Shown here piece by piece: positions 39,772-52,297 of a DNA stretch of 64,000 nt (the first letter of the stretch is position 1; the number at the start of each line of letters is the position of its first letter). The DNA comes from Octopus vulgaris (Eukaryota): assembly GCA_951406725.2 (NCBI GenBank), contig OX597817.1, positions 53,630,001 to 53,694,000 on the forward strand, given 5' to 3'. The notes beneath the pieces were generated by a model. The model had not been told where the DNA came from. It saw only the letters and a program-made list of their open reading frames with translations, and made no database searches. A program made the position numbers and the translations under genes.

Positions 39772-42700
39772 GTGTATGTGCATGTGTGTGTACATGCGTG
39801 TGTGTACATGTGTGTGTCCTTGTCTTGACATCACACTGGTTGTAAGCATCACCATCATATAAGTGGTGTCTCATTTCCTCTTATTCCATAAAGATGAACA
39901 AAAGGTGAAAATCTTGTTTTGGACATGGGTGAGGCATTGGGTGGGGGTGGGAGGCAAAAGATGTTTAATTATGGCTATCCTGGTGGCAAGTTGACCTACT
40001 GCGCCATCGCTAAACAACAGGCCTCCCCAGTATTTCCACTGTGGTTGCCTCCATCATTACCTCCAGACTTAGTAGCAATAATGATGAGGAGGAACGCAGT
40101 TGCAAGGGTTGACTGGTTCTGCAAATGTAGAAAGAGACTCAGCATGACTGGAAATGAAAAGGTGACAAAAATAAGAGGAGAAACCAGAAGAGTCTCGTTT
40201 GAATGGAGGTCGGGTAAGCTGGTGTAGAGGCAATGGGGCATAGCAACCAAGATGGGAATGGTTTATTTTGGGGAATAGTAAGGTTTGTTGTATGCCAAAT
40301 TGGTGACTTAACTGGAAACAAACTTGTAACGAACCTTCATCACTTGCATCATGTGACTAACACAGGACAATGGAGATTAGATTACTTGTTGAAGGCAAGC
40401 TGAGGTTTCATCTCTATTTTGTTGTATTTAGGATGACAGACATAGGTGATGGTCGGTAGATGTGCTAATAGAAATAAGGTCCTGGTGCATAAGGGTCATA
40501 GCTGTTTTAGTGCTGGGGCTTGAGGGATAATTCTGGGAGTTCATAAATTACTCTGGTTGGGGATAGGTTTGGAATTCTTTTCTAAATGTCAGGAAAAGCA
40601 TGAAAGCATCTTCCTGATTGAACTACCAAGTGGCCCCTTAACCTGTTGTTTGTTGCATGAACATCTAGTTTCACATGTGGCAGTAGTATGAGGACGTGCT
40701 GCAACAGTGTGACGCTGCATCCAGCATTTGTCGGTGAGTCCCTGCTCCTGGTGGATGGTGCCTTTGCACTACTCGAGCAACAAACCCTTCAAGCCATGTG
40801 TCTGTTTGGGTTGTTGTTGGTGAGGGTTTTACGTGGTCAGAGTGCAGATCCTACTTCAACATTTTTTAGTCGTCTTTTACAACATAACAGAGACATTTTG
40901 TGGTGATACTGTCCACTTAAAGGCTTGAAGATCAATTTTGCTGTCAACCACACCAACACCACCATCAATAACAACTGTAGCAGTATAAATGACCCCCTTC
41001 CTCCCCCACCAATCTCAAAGCAACAACAGAAATCAAAATTACACCTGAAAACAAAAAGAAAAGTGAGGAATTATTCCAGCAGCGTTGATAGAAGTCCTCA
41101 CTCTGCAAGCTGTGACTTGACCATTGTGAAATCTTGTCATTATTATTCTTGGGGTAAAGAAGAGAAGAGAGAAGCAAAAAAGAGGCTGAAAGTTTGAAGA
41201 TTTGGTAGAACAGCCGAGTACCTGTTAGCTATTTACATAACCCCACCACTTCTAACAGTTAAACTTACAACATCAACAACAGGTAAACATATAAATACTG
41301 CAGCCACTTCGGCAAAAACATCAAAGGAAATAACAAAAACAACAGCACACAAGAAATATCATCTTTATTGTTGTAAATATAAAATAACAGTGAGCTTGAT
41401 GTAACTGGACAAAACAAAATGTAAAGAGAATACTCAGAGGAGCTCTTGTTAATAAAACACCTCCAACTGATCATCTGCTATTGATTACGATTTTTATGTG
41501 ATTTGGGAATTTTTGAAAAGTTGACTAAAACCTTCTGGAAGGGCTTTTGAAGCCTCCAACTCTCTGAGAAGCTCAGATTAGTGTCCCCTGTGTCTAAGGT
41601 AAGTGGTCTCTCTAATTCCTTTCTTTCAACCAACATGGCCATATTCAGAGTGCATTGTATAATTGCAGAATGGCCTGGCATTGGTTTGGAAGCAGAGTAA
41701 CCGGCCTCATCATCATCATCATCATTTAACGTCTGCTTTCCATGCTAGCATGGGTTGGACGATTTGACTGAGGTCTGGCGAACCTAACGCCAACCACTCC
41801 GAGAGTGGAGTGGGTACTTTTATGTGCCACCGGCATGAGAGCCAGTTTGGTGGTACTGGCAATGGTCATGCCCAAATGGTGCTTTATATGTGCCACCTGC
41901 ACAGGAGCCAGTCCAGCGGCACTGGCAACGACCTCGCTTGAATGTTTCACGTGTCACTAGCACAAGTGCTAGTAAGGCGACGCGGTAACGATCACGCTCA
42001 ACCTGGTCACAATCAGTGAAACCAGGATGTTCAGGATGCATACACTTATGTAGTTTTGGTGATTATAAGATGTCCACATCTTTTTGTTACTGAATTTGAG
42101 CAGCAAGCTGGGAATATTGTTTGAGAAAGGTTTAGAACTTAAATTAAGTGGACCTTGTTTGGCTCAGATGGTAAGTCAGTGATGCTAAGCATAAACAAGG
42201 GAGAAGGGAATGCCTTCAAACTAGTAGCAGTTATGCCAGATATTTTAAGGTGTGTTGAAAATCATCATTTGGGGTCTTGTGGTTTGTGCAAGCACAGTTG
42301 TTTGGTTAAGAAGCTTGCCTCTCAACCAAATGATCTCAGGTTCAGTTCCACTGTGTGGTATCTTGGGTCTGTGTCTTCTATTAAAGCCTCTGGTGGCCCA
42401 AAGTTTTGTGAATGAATTTAGTAGTTGGAAACTGAAAGAAGCCCATTGTGTGTGTGTATGTATGTATTATATATGTATACTGCATGGTGATTGTAGTCAC
42501 AAAAGCTGTGTCATGTTTGTAGTCTTCAATAGAAAGATATCTGGGTTGAGGGAGGGAAAATGTTGCCCTGCTTGGAAACTACTGAGGGTTGGCAACAGGT
42601 AGAGCATCCAACTTGTAAAAAAAATCTCCTTCAACAAATTTCATCTGATATTCCAGCATGGAAAAATGTATGTCACAACAACAATAGCAATAATGAAGCT

Positions 42701-43881
42701 GGCTGCATAAATATATTTGAACCACAAACTAAATAGTTATTTTTATTTAGTTTTGACCCCTCTTTGTTGTGAATTCTGTGAATTGTGATTTAACCCCAGG
42801 TCAGCACTGAATCAACAGATTTATGAGCAAAATTGTTCCATCGGTGACCATTCTGTTTTATATTGTTTTGTTTCATACTTCTTGTATCCAGTGTACTTTT
42901 CTGTGTAATTTTAGGCCCCTCTTTTTTTTTTTAAGACTCCCTCACTTAACCCTTTCGTTACCAACCCGGCTGAAACTGGCTCTGGCTCTGAATACAAATG
43001 TCTCATTTTCATAAGTTTTGAATTAAAATCTTCCACTAAACCTTAGTCACAATTTATGTTCCTAAAATTAGCTGAATGATAACCAAGTTAATTTACTAAA
43101 TTCTTTGTTATATTTAAAATTAGTTGAGAGAGACACAGAGCACCTCAAAATAAATGAAAGGGTTAAATAATGTTAACACATTCATAAACAAATACATATA
43201 GATCTACTTTTAAACTACTTCTCTGTATATCGAATATATATCGTCATCTTGTTTCAACCCTTTCATTACCAACCTGGCTGAAAACGCCTCTAGCACTGTA
43301 GTACAAATGTGTTGTTTTCAAAAGTTTTGAATTAAAATCTTCCACCAAACCTTAGTCACAATTTATGATCCTAACACTAGCTTAATAATAACTAAGTTAT
43401 TTTACTAAATTCTTTGTTATATTTAAAATGAATTGAAAGAAGCACAGAGCATCTCAACAGAAATACAGTAATGAAAGGGTTAAGCTGTTCGTTAATGGTC
43501 CCAGAGGTGCCATCATGTGTAGAGCTGACCAGGTCCACCAGTGCCCCCACCCATCGCTGGCTGTCCCATGCTGTCAAAACAATCCGGTTTATTCTTTTAT
43601 TGGTTTCAGTTATTTGGCTGTGGCCATGCTGGGGCACCACCTTTCCTGCGTATTCCTCACCTTTAGATTTCATTTGTTTCCCTATTAGCTTATCATATCT
43701 GTCACAAACACATTATTTTCTTTGCATTTAAACAAAGATGCATGGGTCATTTTTCTTTGATTTAAAAAAAAAAAAATAATAGTAACCACAATAATTTAGG
43801 TGGTGTTTTTTGGAAACATCATTGCTGTTCTGTTTTCTTAAATAGCTCTAACCATATTCTCATTTTTCTCTCTTTTTGCAG

Positions 43882-43995
43882 GGGCGTATGTGTTCGGCCC
43901 ATGACATCTTGGAGGAGAAAGGACTTGCCAAAGTCGCTCTGACCGTCTCATCTTTGGTAGCGTCCACCGGCAGTACAAAGCAGGCTGTAGTATGA
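43882..43995 (+). CDS. LRCH: LRCH distal alternative last exon (soluble C-terminus): GRMCSAHDILEEKGLAKVALTVSSLVASTGSTKQAVV*
   Basis: Acceptor catttttctctctttttgcAG (43880-43881), phase 0, 37 codons plus TGA (43993-43995). The ILEEKGL.KV..TV..L motif matches non-TM C-termini of vertebrate LRCH isoforms as I recall them. Confidence 0.9.
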   Translation, partial: GRMCSAHDILEEKGLAKVALTVSSLVASTGSTKQAVV

Positions 43996-44245
43996 CAAGT
44001 TGACCAGTTGTTAGGAGAAATTTTCTCTTTCTTACTTATTATGCTACTGTTATTTACGGCCTCCGAAAATATGGGATTACCTGTTTACCCTGACTGGCAT
44101 TAGGGGTCACCGCCATATATACATATATGTATGTACATATATAGTTACATTATATATATTATAGGTAATATATATGTACCTGTATATATTATGTAAAATA
44201 TTTGAACATATATATACTTTATATATGTATGTATATGTGTTTGTA

Positions 44246-44277
<32 letters not shown>

Positions 44278-44860
44278 CATACACACGTGTGTGCATACAT
44301 GCATACAAGCATACACATATTCTCTACAAGTGACACATTGCACCCTTAATTATGGTCCCTCTACCTGTTCTATAAAGGTAAGGGATACTTGCCCTTGATT
44401 CTCATGGATCTAACCCCTGTCCCCTAATCTAACAGGAAGTCTCGTTTGTGTTGCCTTTTATAACAATAGGACTCCTCTCTCTCTCTTTCTCTCTCTATTC
44501 ATCTGTTTGTCCGTAACACCCGTCAGTTGCGGTGGTCATGGTGGATACTCGATGCCACCCACCATCCAAATTGTCACCCATCAGTTTTACATATTTTTCA
44601 TTATTTTAAAATTTTTTTTTACATTTCATTTATTTTTATTTCATTTTTATTTCTATTTTAAAAGAATTTTTGTTTTAATTTAAATGTTTCTATCAAATCG
44701 ATAGAAAGTCACTTTATATTATAATTATAATTATTATTATTATTGTCAGTTGATCAGTCTGTAAACAATCCTTAATAGAGTTAAACTGCTTTTTGTGCCA
44801 AACACACAGAGACTGTAGATCAGTTTGTATTCGACGTTCTTCTGTTGCTACTGCTGATTG

Positions 44861-44913
<53 letters not shown>

Positions 44914-46684
44914 GAGGTGGCAAGCTGGCAGAATCGTTAGCACACCCGGCAAAATGCTTAGCGGTATTTCGTCTGCCTCTACGTTCTGAGTTCAAATCCC
45001 TTTCATCAAATTGCTTTGCCTTTCATCTTTTGGGGGTTGATAAATTAAGTACCAGTTGCGTACTGGAGTCGATGCAGTCGACTATCCCCGTCCCCAAATA
45101 TCCGGCCTTGTGCCTATAGTAGAAAGGATTATTATTATTATTATTCCAAGATGGTGGAATGGTTAAAATTGTGTAGTGTGTTGGATAAAAACATGTTGCA
45201 GTATTTCGTGACATTTCTTTACATTCTGAGTTCAAATCCAAGCTGGATTGGTTGAGGTTTCTTTTCATTGTTCTGGGGTCAGCAGAATGAGCAGGAGTGA
45301 TCCCACAGTAGAGATAAGTTGCCTTGGTCAACTGGTATGGTGGTGGAGTGGCAGAATTTCGCTCTGTTTAGTTGTAACTCTTTATGTCTCAAGTTCAAAA
45401 GTTGCTGAAGTCAACATCATCGCCTTTCACCAATAATGATATAAAGGATGCTGGAATCGATGTATTGATTAACCTCCACCCCCAACAAATTTCAAGATGT
45501 GCCTATATTAGAAATAATTAACAAAAGGTGATGAACACAAAGAATCAGTGGAGCATCAGGTAAAATGCCATGTGGTTTTTCTGCATGTTCTGAGTTCAAA
45601 TCCTGTTGTGGTCAACTTTACCATTCATCTCTTTGAGGGTCAATAAAATAAAGTCCTAGTGAAGTATGGGGGTCAGTGTTACTGACAGTACCCCTCCCTC
45701 TAAAACTGCTGGTCTTGTACCAAAAATTAAGAATTATTAACAATTAGAAATTATTACTTAGAAAAAAATATTTAATTAAGGGCCTTTTAATTATGACATT
45801 TACTTTTAAATTTGTTTTTTTTTATTTGTTTGTTTTGTTCCCTTTGAGTTTTTCTTTCTTTTTTTCTGTTTTTCTTTTTTATTTTGTTTTGTTCTTCTCA
45901 TCATGGCGCTACCATTATCATGATTTTCTTTGTCAGCTAGAAAACAAACAACAACAAAAGTAACTCATCAGACCCTCAGGACTGATGCCATTGTACTGCT
46001 TGTTAATGTTTTCTGGTTCCATACCATTATGGAAATAGAGAGAAAGAAAGAAATAAGGAAAGAAAAGAAAAAAATAAACACTGAACCACTTGGAGGATTG
46101 AAACCTCGATGCTGGGATTCACAGTTAGTGTCAGCATTGGAGATGAAACCTTAGTGTGTTTAAGTTATTCTTCTATCAACTGGGAACAAAAATAAAGATA
46201 AAAGAAAAAGAAAAACGAAACGGTAAATGTCAAAGAAAAAAGAAAAAGAAGAACGCTGCTCAAAGCAAGAATTTTGGCGATCTTCTTCGATAATTGATAT
46301 TCTGAGGAGATCAATACTTGATATGTGATTTGGATATGTATATATATATAGGTAAAGAGAGAAACATGTTATGTTTGGTGCAAATGGGATGAAATCCTTG
46401 ATGAAAGGTGTCCCCTGCCAAAACATGTCACATTTTCTCCTCCGACCCACACACTTCCATATTCTTTCACATATTCCTTATTTATACACATTTGTTTCTT
46501 TCAGAAATTAAATGCATGTCTTAATATATATGTGTATGTATATATATATATGTATGTATGTATATATGTGTATATATGTATATACATATACACATAATCT
46601 TGATAACATATTCTGCTAATATATTGTCTAGTGGAAGCCTACACTTCTACCCCAATTATAATTTTGCTATTGTTGCTGGTCAAC

Positions 46685-46687
<3 letters not shown>

Positions 46688-46739
<52 letters not shown>

Positions 46740-46776
46740 GTATGTATATATGTATATATATATGTATGTATATATG

Positions 46777-46831
<55 letters not shown>

Positions 46832-47345
46832 GTATGTATATGTATATATATATGTATGTATGTATATGTATATACATATATGTATGTATGTATATGTATA
46901 TACATATATGTATGTATGTATATGTATGTATGTATGTATATGTATATATGTATGTATGTATGTATATGTATATACATATATGTATGTATGTATATGTATG
47001 TATGTATGTATATGTATATATGTATGTATGTATGTATATGTATATACATATATGTGCATATATATGTATATGTATATACATATATGTGCATATATATGTA
47101 TATGTATATACATATATGTGCATATATATGTATATGTATATACATATATGTGCATATATATATGTATGTATATACATATGCATATATAGATGCGTATATA
47201 TATATGTATGTATATACATATATGTGCATATATATGCATATATATGCATGTATATGTGCATATATATGCATGTATATGTGCATATATATGCATATCTATG
47301 CATATGTATATGTATGCATATATATATGTATGTATATATATATAT
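46688..47345. repeat. ~650-bp compound (TA)n/(TATG)n/(TGCA) microsatellite with higher-order repeats
   Basis: Direct reading. It generates the spurious ORFs at 46558-47391. Confidence 0.95.
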
Positions 47346-47922
47346 AAACTACATGTATTTTTTTATTAGCCAAGAAGCTACAGTGACTTAAAGTCCAGGA
47401 GAGTTTCCCAACAATATGCAATTACCAAACTTGGTAATTGCTCATTGGCGTGAGACCCTGGTTTACTTGACTTGCTCTAGTTTCCTTTGCCTAGTAAAAT
47501 TGTAAATACTCTGCTTTATGTATAGAATTCTGTTTCCACTGTCTGTAAAGCCAAACATGTATGTGTGTGTGTATATATATATTTGTGTGTGTGTGGTCTT
47601 GATGGGATATTTTGTTCTGTCAGACTTTAAAAAGTACTTTATGCTTAACTCTGTACGTGCAAAGATATTAAGCACATTCTCTGTGAACAACATGATGTAT
47701 CTGTGACAAAGTGATTGCTTAGTAGGCAGATAATAGACATTTGTGCAGTGAATTCTATTGTAAGAACAGTAATGTCTTGGCAGCCTGTCAGTCGGTACCC
47801 TTTCCCAGTCAATGGCATGCACAGATTGATTCTCTTCCAGAATTCTCTTGTAAATACTGTTTACAGTTGTGGACTAATTAATATTTAATACAGAACACAC
47901 ACATACAGAAAACACTCTCTGG

Positions 47923-47953
<31 letters not shown>

Positions 47954-47971
47954 ATGTATGTGTGTGTGTGT

Positions 47972-48290
47972 GAAGGCGCATGGCTCAGTGTTTAGAGCGT
48001 TGGGCTCACACTCATGAGGCTGCGTGTTGTGTTCTTGAGCAAGACACTTTATTTCACGTTGCTCCAGTTCACTCAGCTGTAGAAATGAGTTGTGACATCA
48101 CTGGTGCCAAGCTGTATTGGCTCCTTTGCCTTTCCCTTGGATATCATCAGTGACACGGAGAGAGGAGGCTGGTATGCCTGGGCGACTGCTGGTCTTCCAT
48201 AAACAACCTTGCCTGGACTTGTGCCTCGGAGGGTAACTTTCTAGGTGCAATCCCATGGACATTCATGATCGAAAGGGATATTTACCCTTT
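47972..48290 (+). mobile_element. tRNA-derived SINE family B; other copies at 16256-16582 (-), 38040-38210 (+) and 56580-56808 (-)
   Basis: Head gaaggcgcatggctcagtg.ttagagcg, then ttcttgagcaagacactttatttcacgttgctccagttcactcagctg. Tail gtgcaatcccatgg.cattcatga.cgaaggg. Confidence 0.85.
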
Positions 48291-48301
48291 ATATATACAT
48301 A

Positions 48302-48343
<42 letters not shown>

Positions 48344-49287
48344 TACACTACAAGAACACGAAAATAATCAGACAGTCAGCTTTTGGGAATAAAACTTATC
48401 AGGTTCTTAAATTTCAAATTTTGACATCATTCATATCTTTCCAAACTAAGATATTTGTTGGTCTTCTGCTTTGGGTGAAAATAATGAAAAAAAATAAAAT
48501 AAAAGTAAAAACGAATTTTAAAAAAATGCCTTTGAATCAAATAATGATTAAGGTGATGATGATAATAATAATAATAATGATAATGATATTAATAATAATG
48601 ATTATGATCATGGTAAAAATAAATTAAATGCTGTAATTAACATACTTGAACATTGAATGTTTTCGGAGTGCAATATATATTTTTCTATAGTTGTCTCGTT
48701 TCTTTTTGGAAATATGAAAAAAACAAAAAATCTGTTAATATTTGTATGTATGCATGTATATAATGCTTGTTTGTGCATATATGTATGTGTGGGTGTGTGT
48801 GTATGTATGTGTGTGTATGTGTGTATAAGTATAGATATACACAGACACACTCACACATACATACATACACACATTCATTCTTTAATATTATTCATTAAAT
48901 GATTCCGCTGAGGTTGACTTTGCCTTTCATCCTTTCGGGGTAGGTAAATTAAGTACCAGTTGCATACTGGGGTCGATCCAATCGACTGGTCCCTGCCCCC
49001 CCCCCAAAAAAAAATTTCGGGCCTTGTGCCTAGAGCAGAAAAGAATAATATTCATTAAATTCGTTAGTTGGGAGATGTTTGTGGGTATTGAAACCTTGAT
49101 CACTGTATCCAAGTATTGAAGGCATTTGAGGAAAGGTTTGTGGTTCTTTTATTGATCTGCTAATAGAGCAGGTTTGAAGAATCTTTGTTTCGCTCTAAAG
49201 GTCTCTGTGAATTCTTTGAGATTGTTAACTTCCCCAAATGACAACCGCAGATACCTGGGCTAAGCAAAGGGCTCTAGTATGGCACAT

Positions 49288-49385
49288 TCACAGAACTGGT
49301 GTTTGGATAACTAATTGAGGAAAGTTGGATGTCAGTTCTGTATTCTTTGATTGTAGCATTTTCTTCTTCTGTTCTGACCGAATGT
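49288..49385 (-). CDS. Candidate terminal exon (H)IRSEQKKKMLQSKNTELTSNFPQLVIQTPVL* of the minus-strand gene
   Basis: Moderate acceptor cttgttatgaaactacAG, phase 1, TGA at 49290-49288, and AATAAA on the - strand at 49153-49148. Confidence 0.28.
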
Positions 49386-52170
49386 CTGTAGTTTCATAAC
49401 AAGGGGGTCTTTGTGGGGGGGTAGTTCCATCTCTTCTGACCATAGATATTCCAATGTATGAATGCCTGTATATAAGTATGTATGTGTGTGTATATATATA
49501 TATATATATGAATGTGTGCCTGTGTATGTGTGTGTGTGTAGATACTCTGACTGAAAGACAAATGGATAGGAATTCTTATGAATCTACAAACTTCAACTGC
49601 ATCAATCTTGGCAGTCTTCAAGAGCCTCCAGAGGTCCCAGGAACTGACCATCCTTCTTAAAGCCCCCCCTCCTCCTTCCCATTAAATGGAATCAAAAACA
49701 ATGCATAAATTTCCTTCAATGATTTGTTTTAAATACCATTCCACAGACATGACATATTTATGAAGAAATGACATCTCGAAGTAAGTGGTCAAAGGGGTGA
49801 GAGAAGGGTCAGTTAATGTGTTCAATGGCTAATGAAAGGAGGAATGAAATATATTTAGGGAGAAGAAATGGTTTGAAATGAAAGATGTGGGATTTTAGAA
49901 TTTCTACGTTTCACGATCTTAGATTCTGTTTCCGAAAGAGAGAAAGAGAAACAAACCTTAATTATTCAACCCCTTGCCCTGCCAAAACGTTGCTAATTCT
50001 TTTAAGGTTTTTTTGGAGTTTGAATGTCAGAAAGAAAATGGTGAGTGGCACAGAAAGTGCCAGGGTAACTCCCCCTCCTGTCCTTTTTTAATGTGATAAA
50101 GTTTCGAGTCCAGTGCCTTTGTGATATTTTAGTTGATGGTTGCACTGCTTGTTGTTTCGTCGTTTTAACCCTTGGTCTTTTGTGATCGAACAGACCTATG
50201 AAACTATCCAGCTGTGGTCATCCCGTCTTTCACCCCCCCCTCCCTCCACATCCATATAGTATATCTAGGACTACAGTGTTCAGTGTGTTTTTCTGTTTTT
50301 AAGACAACAGGATGTAATTTGAGGCAGCTTTTGTCTGCGGCTACTATTTCTTGCATGGTGAGTATCTGTGTGGGGCTGTGCAATGCGAAAAACTCTTCGT
50401 ATAGTTCTTTTATTTCCTGTAACAACAACAACAGCAGTAGTAGCAGCAGCAGCAGCCGTCCAAGAATTTGGACCTGGAGATCACCATTTTCAGTGACTTC
50501 AAGGGCCACCTCCCAGTGGTGTCAGGCGTCAACGGAAAACCCTCGACTATAATAAAACGACCAAAGTTTTTTTTTTCCCCAAGGTCTGGGGTCTCCCACC
50601 CCTAAGCCCTAGACCATCACCTAATCACCCTTACCCGTCTTGTTGCTTAACAACAACAGCAGCAGCAGCAGCAGCAATAACAACAATTGTTACAACAACA
50701 TAACGTAGAATAGCTATGAATGTAGTTTCAGTTTATCTGGCTAAAACCACAAAAAAAAAAAAAGAAAAGCAGCCAACCCATTTGTTACTTCTGAGGTACC
50801 ACATGTTACTGCACCTAAGACCTTGTGCTCCATGGTACCGTGACCACATGTACCCAACCAAAGCCATTCTGCTTCATGGTTTGACAATCACATGTTCTTA
50901 GGTTTTTATACAAGATAGTTGCTGAACCACATGTTTCTAGATTTAAACTTGGCTGAATGCAAGAACCACATGTTTCCAAATCTTATACTACATGGTACTA
51001 GGACCATGTATTCTTGAATATAAACTGTTATATAACTGCTATATAACCAGGATATGTTCCTAGAGCAAACACTTTGTACAGCATGATCACGTGTTATTAG
51101 CAAGTCTACATGTTTTAAGGTACCAGAACCATGTGGTCTCAGATCTGAGACTTGTACTACAGGATTCCAATACCACATTTCAAGATCTAACACATTAAAG
51201 AAAGACATGTAGGGCAACAGGTTCCTTGACCTCAACTGTCATATAATAGGAATACATACATGTTCTTGGACATAATTAGGTACCATGACCACATGGTACC
51301 TAGTTCTTCGACTTTGGCCTCCATGCAGCTGAATGCCAGGACCACATGTTCCTGGATGTAACTCTGCAGAGAATAGAAAGTTAGGATTTCATTATTCCAT
51401 ACCCTTCACTCTCGGACATCCAGTCTGCTTACCTACCTGTCTACGTACCTACCTACCCTTCCTAATTACATACCCACCACCTTACCTACATATGTGCCTA
51501 CCATCCATCCCATTTACCTACCACTCTACTTACCTGTCTACCACTCTACCTATGTGCCTGTCACTCTATGGACCTTTCCTTTTCTCTCTACCTACTACGT
51601 GCCTACCTACCTACCTACACACCCATCTATCTACTTACCTACCAACCTGTCTACTTATCTACCTACCTACCTACCACATCTTGACAAATGTCTTTTACCA
51701 TAGCTTCAAGTTGGCCAAAGTTTCAGTGAAATTGGGGTAGATAGGAAACTGTGAGGAAGCCTATTGAACAGACAGTGCCTGTAATTTAAAAGTAAAGCCT
51801 TGTTACACACTGTCATAGTGATTCCATCTGAGAATTATACTTATTAAGGGTACATGTGCATCTGTGGTATATTCAGCCACTTTCAAACTAACCCAATGAA
51901 CAAGAAATTCAGTCGATTAAACAATTGGAATACATGCCATGAAAACCATCAGAGAACCATTCTTTGTCTTATCTAAAACTTTTCAACAACCACAAAACAC
52001 ACAGAACTAACCTAAGATTTGATCTCAGTTACTTCTGTTTAATGATGTCGACTTGTTGGATTACTATGTGTCAGCCCCCGTGTAGGCCTGTGTCCACCCT
52101 TGGTGGTGCTGTTAAAGCTTTACCATTGTTAAAATCCCTTGAGGCCCCAGTAATAGCTCCCTCAATTCTA

Positions 52171-52297
52171 CAGGGTGTCCACAAAGTCTGGGTACATGGG
52201 GATTAACACATACTTCAAGAAATTATTATTTTTTATATTTAATTCTTTATGTTATGATTTTATTTACCCCCTGTACCCAGACTTTGTGGACACCCTG
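52171..52297. mobile_element. 127-bp Tc1/mariner-type MITE with 26-bp perfect TIRs and TA TSD
   Basis: TA|CAGGGTGTCCACAAAGTCTGGGTACA ... TGTACCCAGACTTTGTGGACACCCTG|TA. Confidence 0.92.

Noticed and set aside
46558-47391. Long ORFs (up to 277 aa) on both strands
   Set aside because: Translations of (TA)/(TATG) microsatellite (YICMYV/HIYT repeats) with no coding signal.
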